Assembly (NCBI GenBank): GCA_049296095.1
Contig: JBAQRV010000001.1
Location: 360,001-392,000 of the forward strand
Source of the DNA: Candidatus Saccharimonadota bacterium
GTDB lineage: Bacteria > Patescibacteriota > Saccharimonadia > Saccharimonadales > Saccharimonadaceae
Direction: 5' to 3'
DNA: 32,000 bases
Shown here: positions 31,171-32,000 of the stretch, in pieces
Numbering within the stretch: the stretch's first letter is position 1
How the letters are laid out: every line of letters starts with the position of its first letter
Notes under the pieces: model-generated
Databases searched by the model: none
The model's input: the letters and a program-made list of their open reading frames with translations, nothing else
What the model was told of the DNA's origin: nothing
Position numbers and translations under genes: made by a program

Positions 31171-31746
31171 ATGACAAAAGAAGATATCATCACGCTGCCG
31201 AACCCGCACCTTCGCGAAAAATCGGCGCGCGTCAAAGAACTGACTGATCAGGTAAAAGACCTGATCGACCAGATGACCGCGGCTGCCCTCGACTGGGAGG
31301 CTTCGAGGCCACACGAGATCAGTGCCGCTCTGGCTGCCGTTCAGCTAGACAAGCTCGAACGGGTCGTGATTGTACGTAGCGACTTTGACGACAAGGCTTC
31401 AAATGATTTCACCGCCCTCATTAATCCAGAGATTGTGAAATACGAAGGAACTATCGAAGCTGATTACGAAGGCTGCCTGAGCGTCCGTGGTATATATGGC
31501 AAAGTTCCGCGCCACACCAAGATTCGCGTCAAGGCATTGAACGCCGAAGGCCAGGAAGTGCGCTTTAAAGCCGAAGGCTTCCTCGCCCGCGTCATTCAGC
31601 ATGAAATCGACCACACCAACGGCATCGTTTTTATCGATCACATTAAAGACAAGCGTGACAGCTTTTACACTCTCGACGAGAAAGGCGAGCTCATACCCCT
31701 TGATTATGACAAACACATCAAAGACAGTATTATTCTTTGGGACTGA
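31171..31746 (+). CDS. def: Peptide deformylase
   Basis: Motif 2 EGCLSV and motif 3 QHEIDH are present. Motif 1 is divergent (ISAALAAVQ instead of GxGxAAxQ). The start at 31171 is preferred from the promoter geometry; 31162 remains possible. Confidence 0.88.
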   Translation: MTKEDIITLPNPHLREKSARVKELTDQVKDLIDQMTAAALDWEASRPHEISAALAAVQLDKLERVVIVRSDFDDKASNDFTALINPEIVKYEGTIEADYEGCLSVRGIYGKVPRHTKIRVKALNAEGQEVRFKAEGFLARVIQHEIDHTNGIVFIDHIKDKRDSFYTLDEKGELIPLDYDKHIKDSIILWD

Positions 31747-32000
31747 TAGCTTTAGCGCCTCGGCGCTACAGGCGTTGATCTACGGTGGCTATAATATTGG
31801 CGCCGTTATTACCAAACCTGACAGCAAACAAGGTCGCGGACAGCAACTGACTGCCCCAATCGTAAAGACTATTGCTGAAAAAAACGGCATACCCGTCTGG
31901 CAACCGCTCCGATTAGCGGACATAACAGAGGATGTTAAAGCATTCGGGTCGGTCGTCGGCGTACTTTCAAGTTATGGGAAGATTGTTCCTCAATCAATTA
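31706..32000 (+). CDS. fmt: Methionyl-tRNA formyltransferase, N-terminal part; continues past the window end
   Basis: Own translation: MTNTSKTVLFFGTDSFSASALQALIYGGYNIGAVITKPDSKQGRGQQLTAPIVKTIAEKNGIPVWQP is a typical Fmt N-terminal domain. It follows def as usual. The start is uncertain; the ATG at 31706 overlaps def by 41 nt. Confidence 0.85.
   Translation, partial: MTNTSKTVLFFGTDSFSASALQALIYGGYNIGAVITKPDSKQGRGQQLTAPIVKTIAEKNGIPVWQPLRLADITEDVKAFGSVVGVLSSYGKIVPQSI

Noticed and set aside
1-32000. Alternative genetic code (UGA recoding, as in some CPR lineages), and the presence of tRNA, rRNA, CRISPR or mobile elements.
   Set aside because: TGA terminates ileS, def and the 3612 ORF at family-typical lengths, and no conserved gene is interrupted by in-frame TGA. 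No intergenic gap is long enough, or structured appropriately, for a tRNA. I saw no direct-repeat arrays, transposase or integrase motifs, or terminal inverted repeats.

Overview
The window is a tightly packed, mostly housekeeping stretch of a small-genome, Gram-positive-type bacterium. I infer a Candidate Phyla Radiation / Saccharibacteria-like organism. Hand-counted samples give about 50% GC, and the genetic code is standard, with TGA used as a stop. About 40 genes can be called.

Genes called:
- Left end: rseP' - uppS - frr - unknown - tsf - rpsB (minus strand), then rpmE - small membrane ORF - prfA - prmC (plus strand).
- Envelope and partition: a polytopic membrane protein, an LCP (LytR-CpsA-Psr) enzyme, lepB, parB-parA and rplU.
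- Surface cluster (11.0-15.6 kb): a CAP/SCP-domain protein, a 719-aa Ig/FN3-like surface protein, a Pro/Ser/Thr-rich anchored protein, a minimal zincin and a very acidic 66-aa ORF.
- A GNAT-ileS bicistron behind a T-box leader.
- An AT-richer islet: a membrane ORF plus an orphan MazF/PemK-like toxin.
- A long minus-strand string: ftsA-ftsZ-nrdR-(Trx-like)-VKOR, then map, adk, yqeY, rpsU, recJ, a wHTH gene and a COG1926-type PRTase.
- Right end: priA-def-fmt' (plus strand).

I saw no rRNA or tRNA genes, CRISPR arrays, transposases or integrases.

Main observations:
1. A canonical T-box antiterminator core sits in front of GNAT-ileS, with no obvious terminator.
2. A C-terminal GL[AS]WYWW[LV]LI-TM-basic tail is shared by two neighbouring, otherwise unrelated surface proteins. 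It may be a sorting or anchor signal.
3. A cysteine-free NrdR is followed by a Trx/NrdH-fold protein with TDYT in place of CXXC. That protein is translationally coupled to a VKOR with all of its cysteines intact.
4. Good -10 boxes recur 6-11 nt upstream of start codons that lack a Shine-Dalgarno (SD) sequence, which implies widespread leaderless or near-leaderless mRNAs.

I could not support a clear multi-gene novel defence-type system from the sequence alone.
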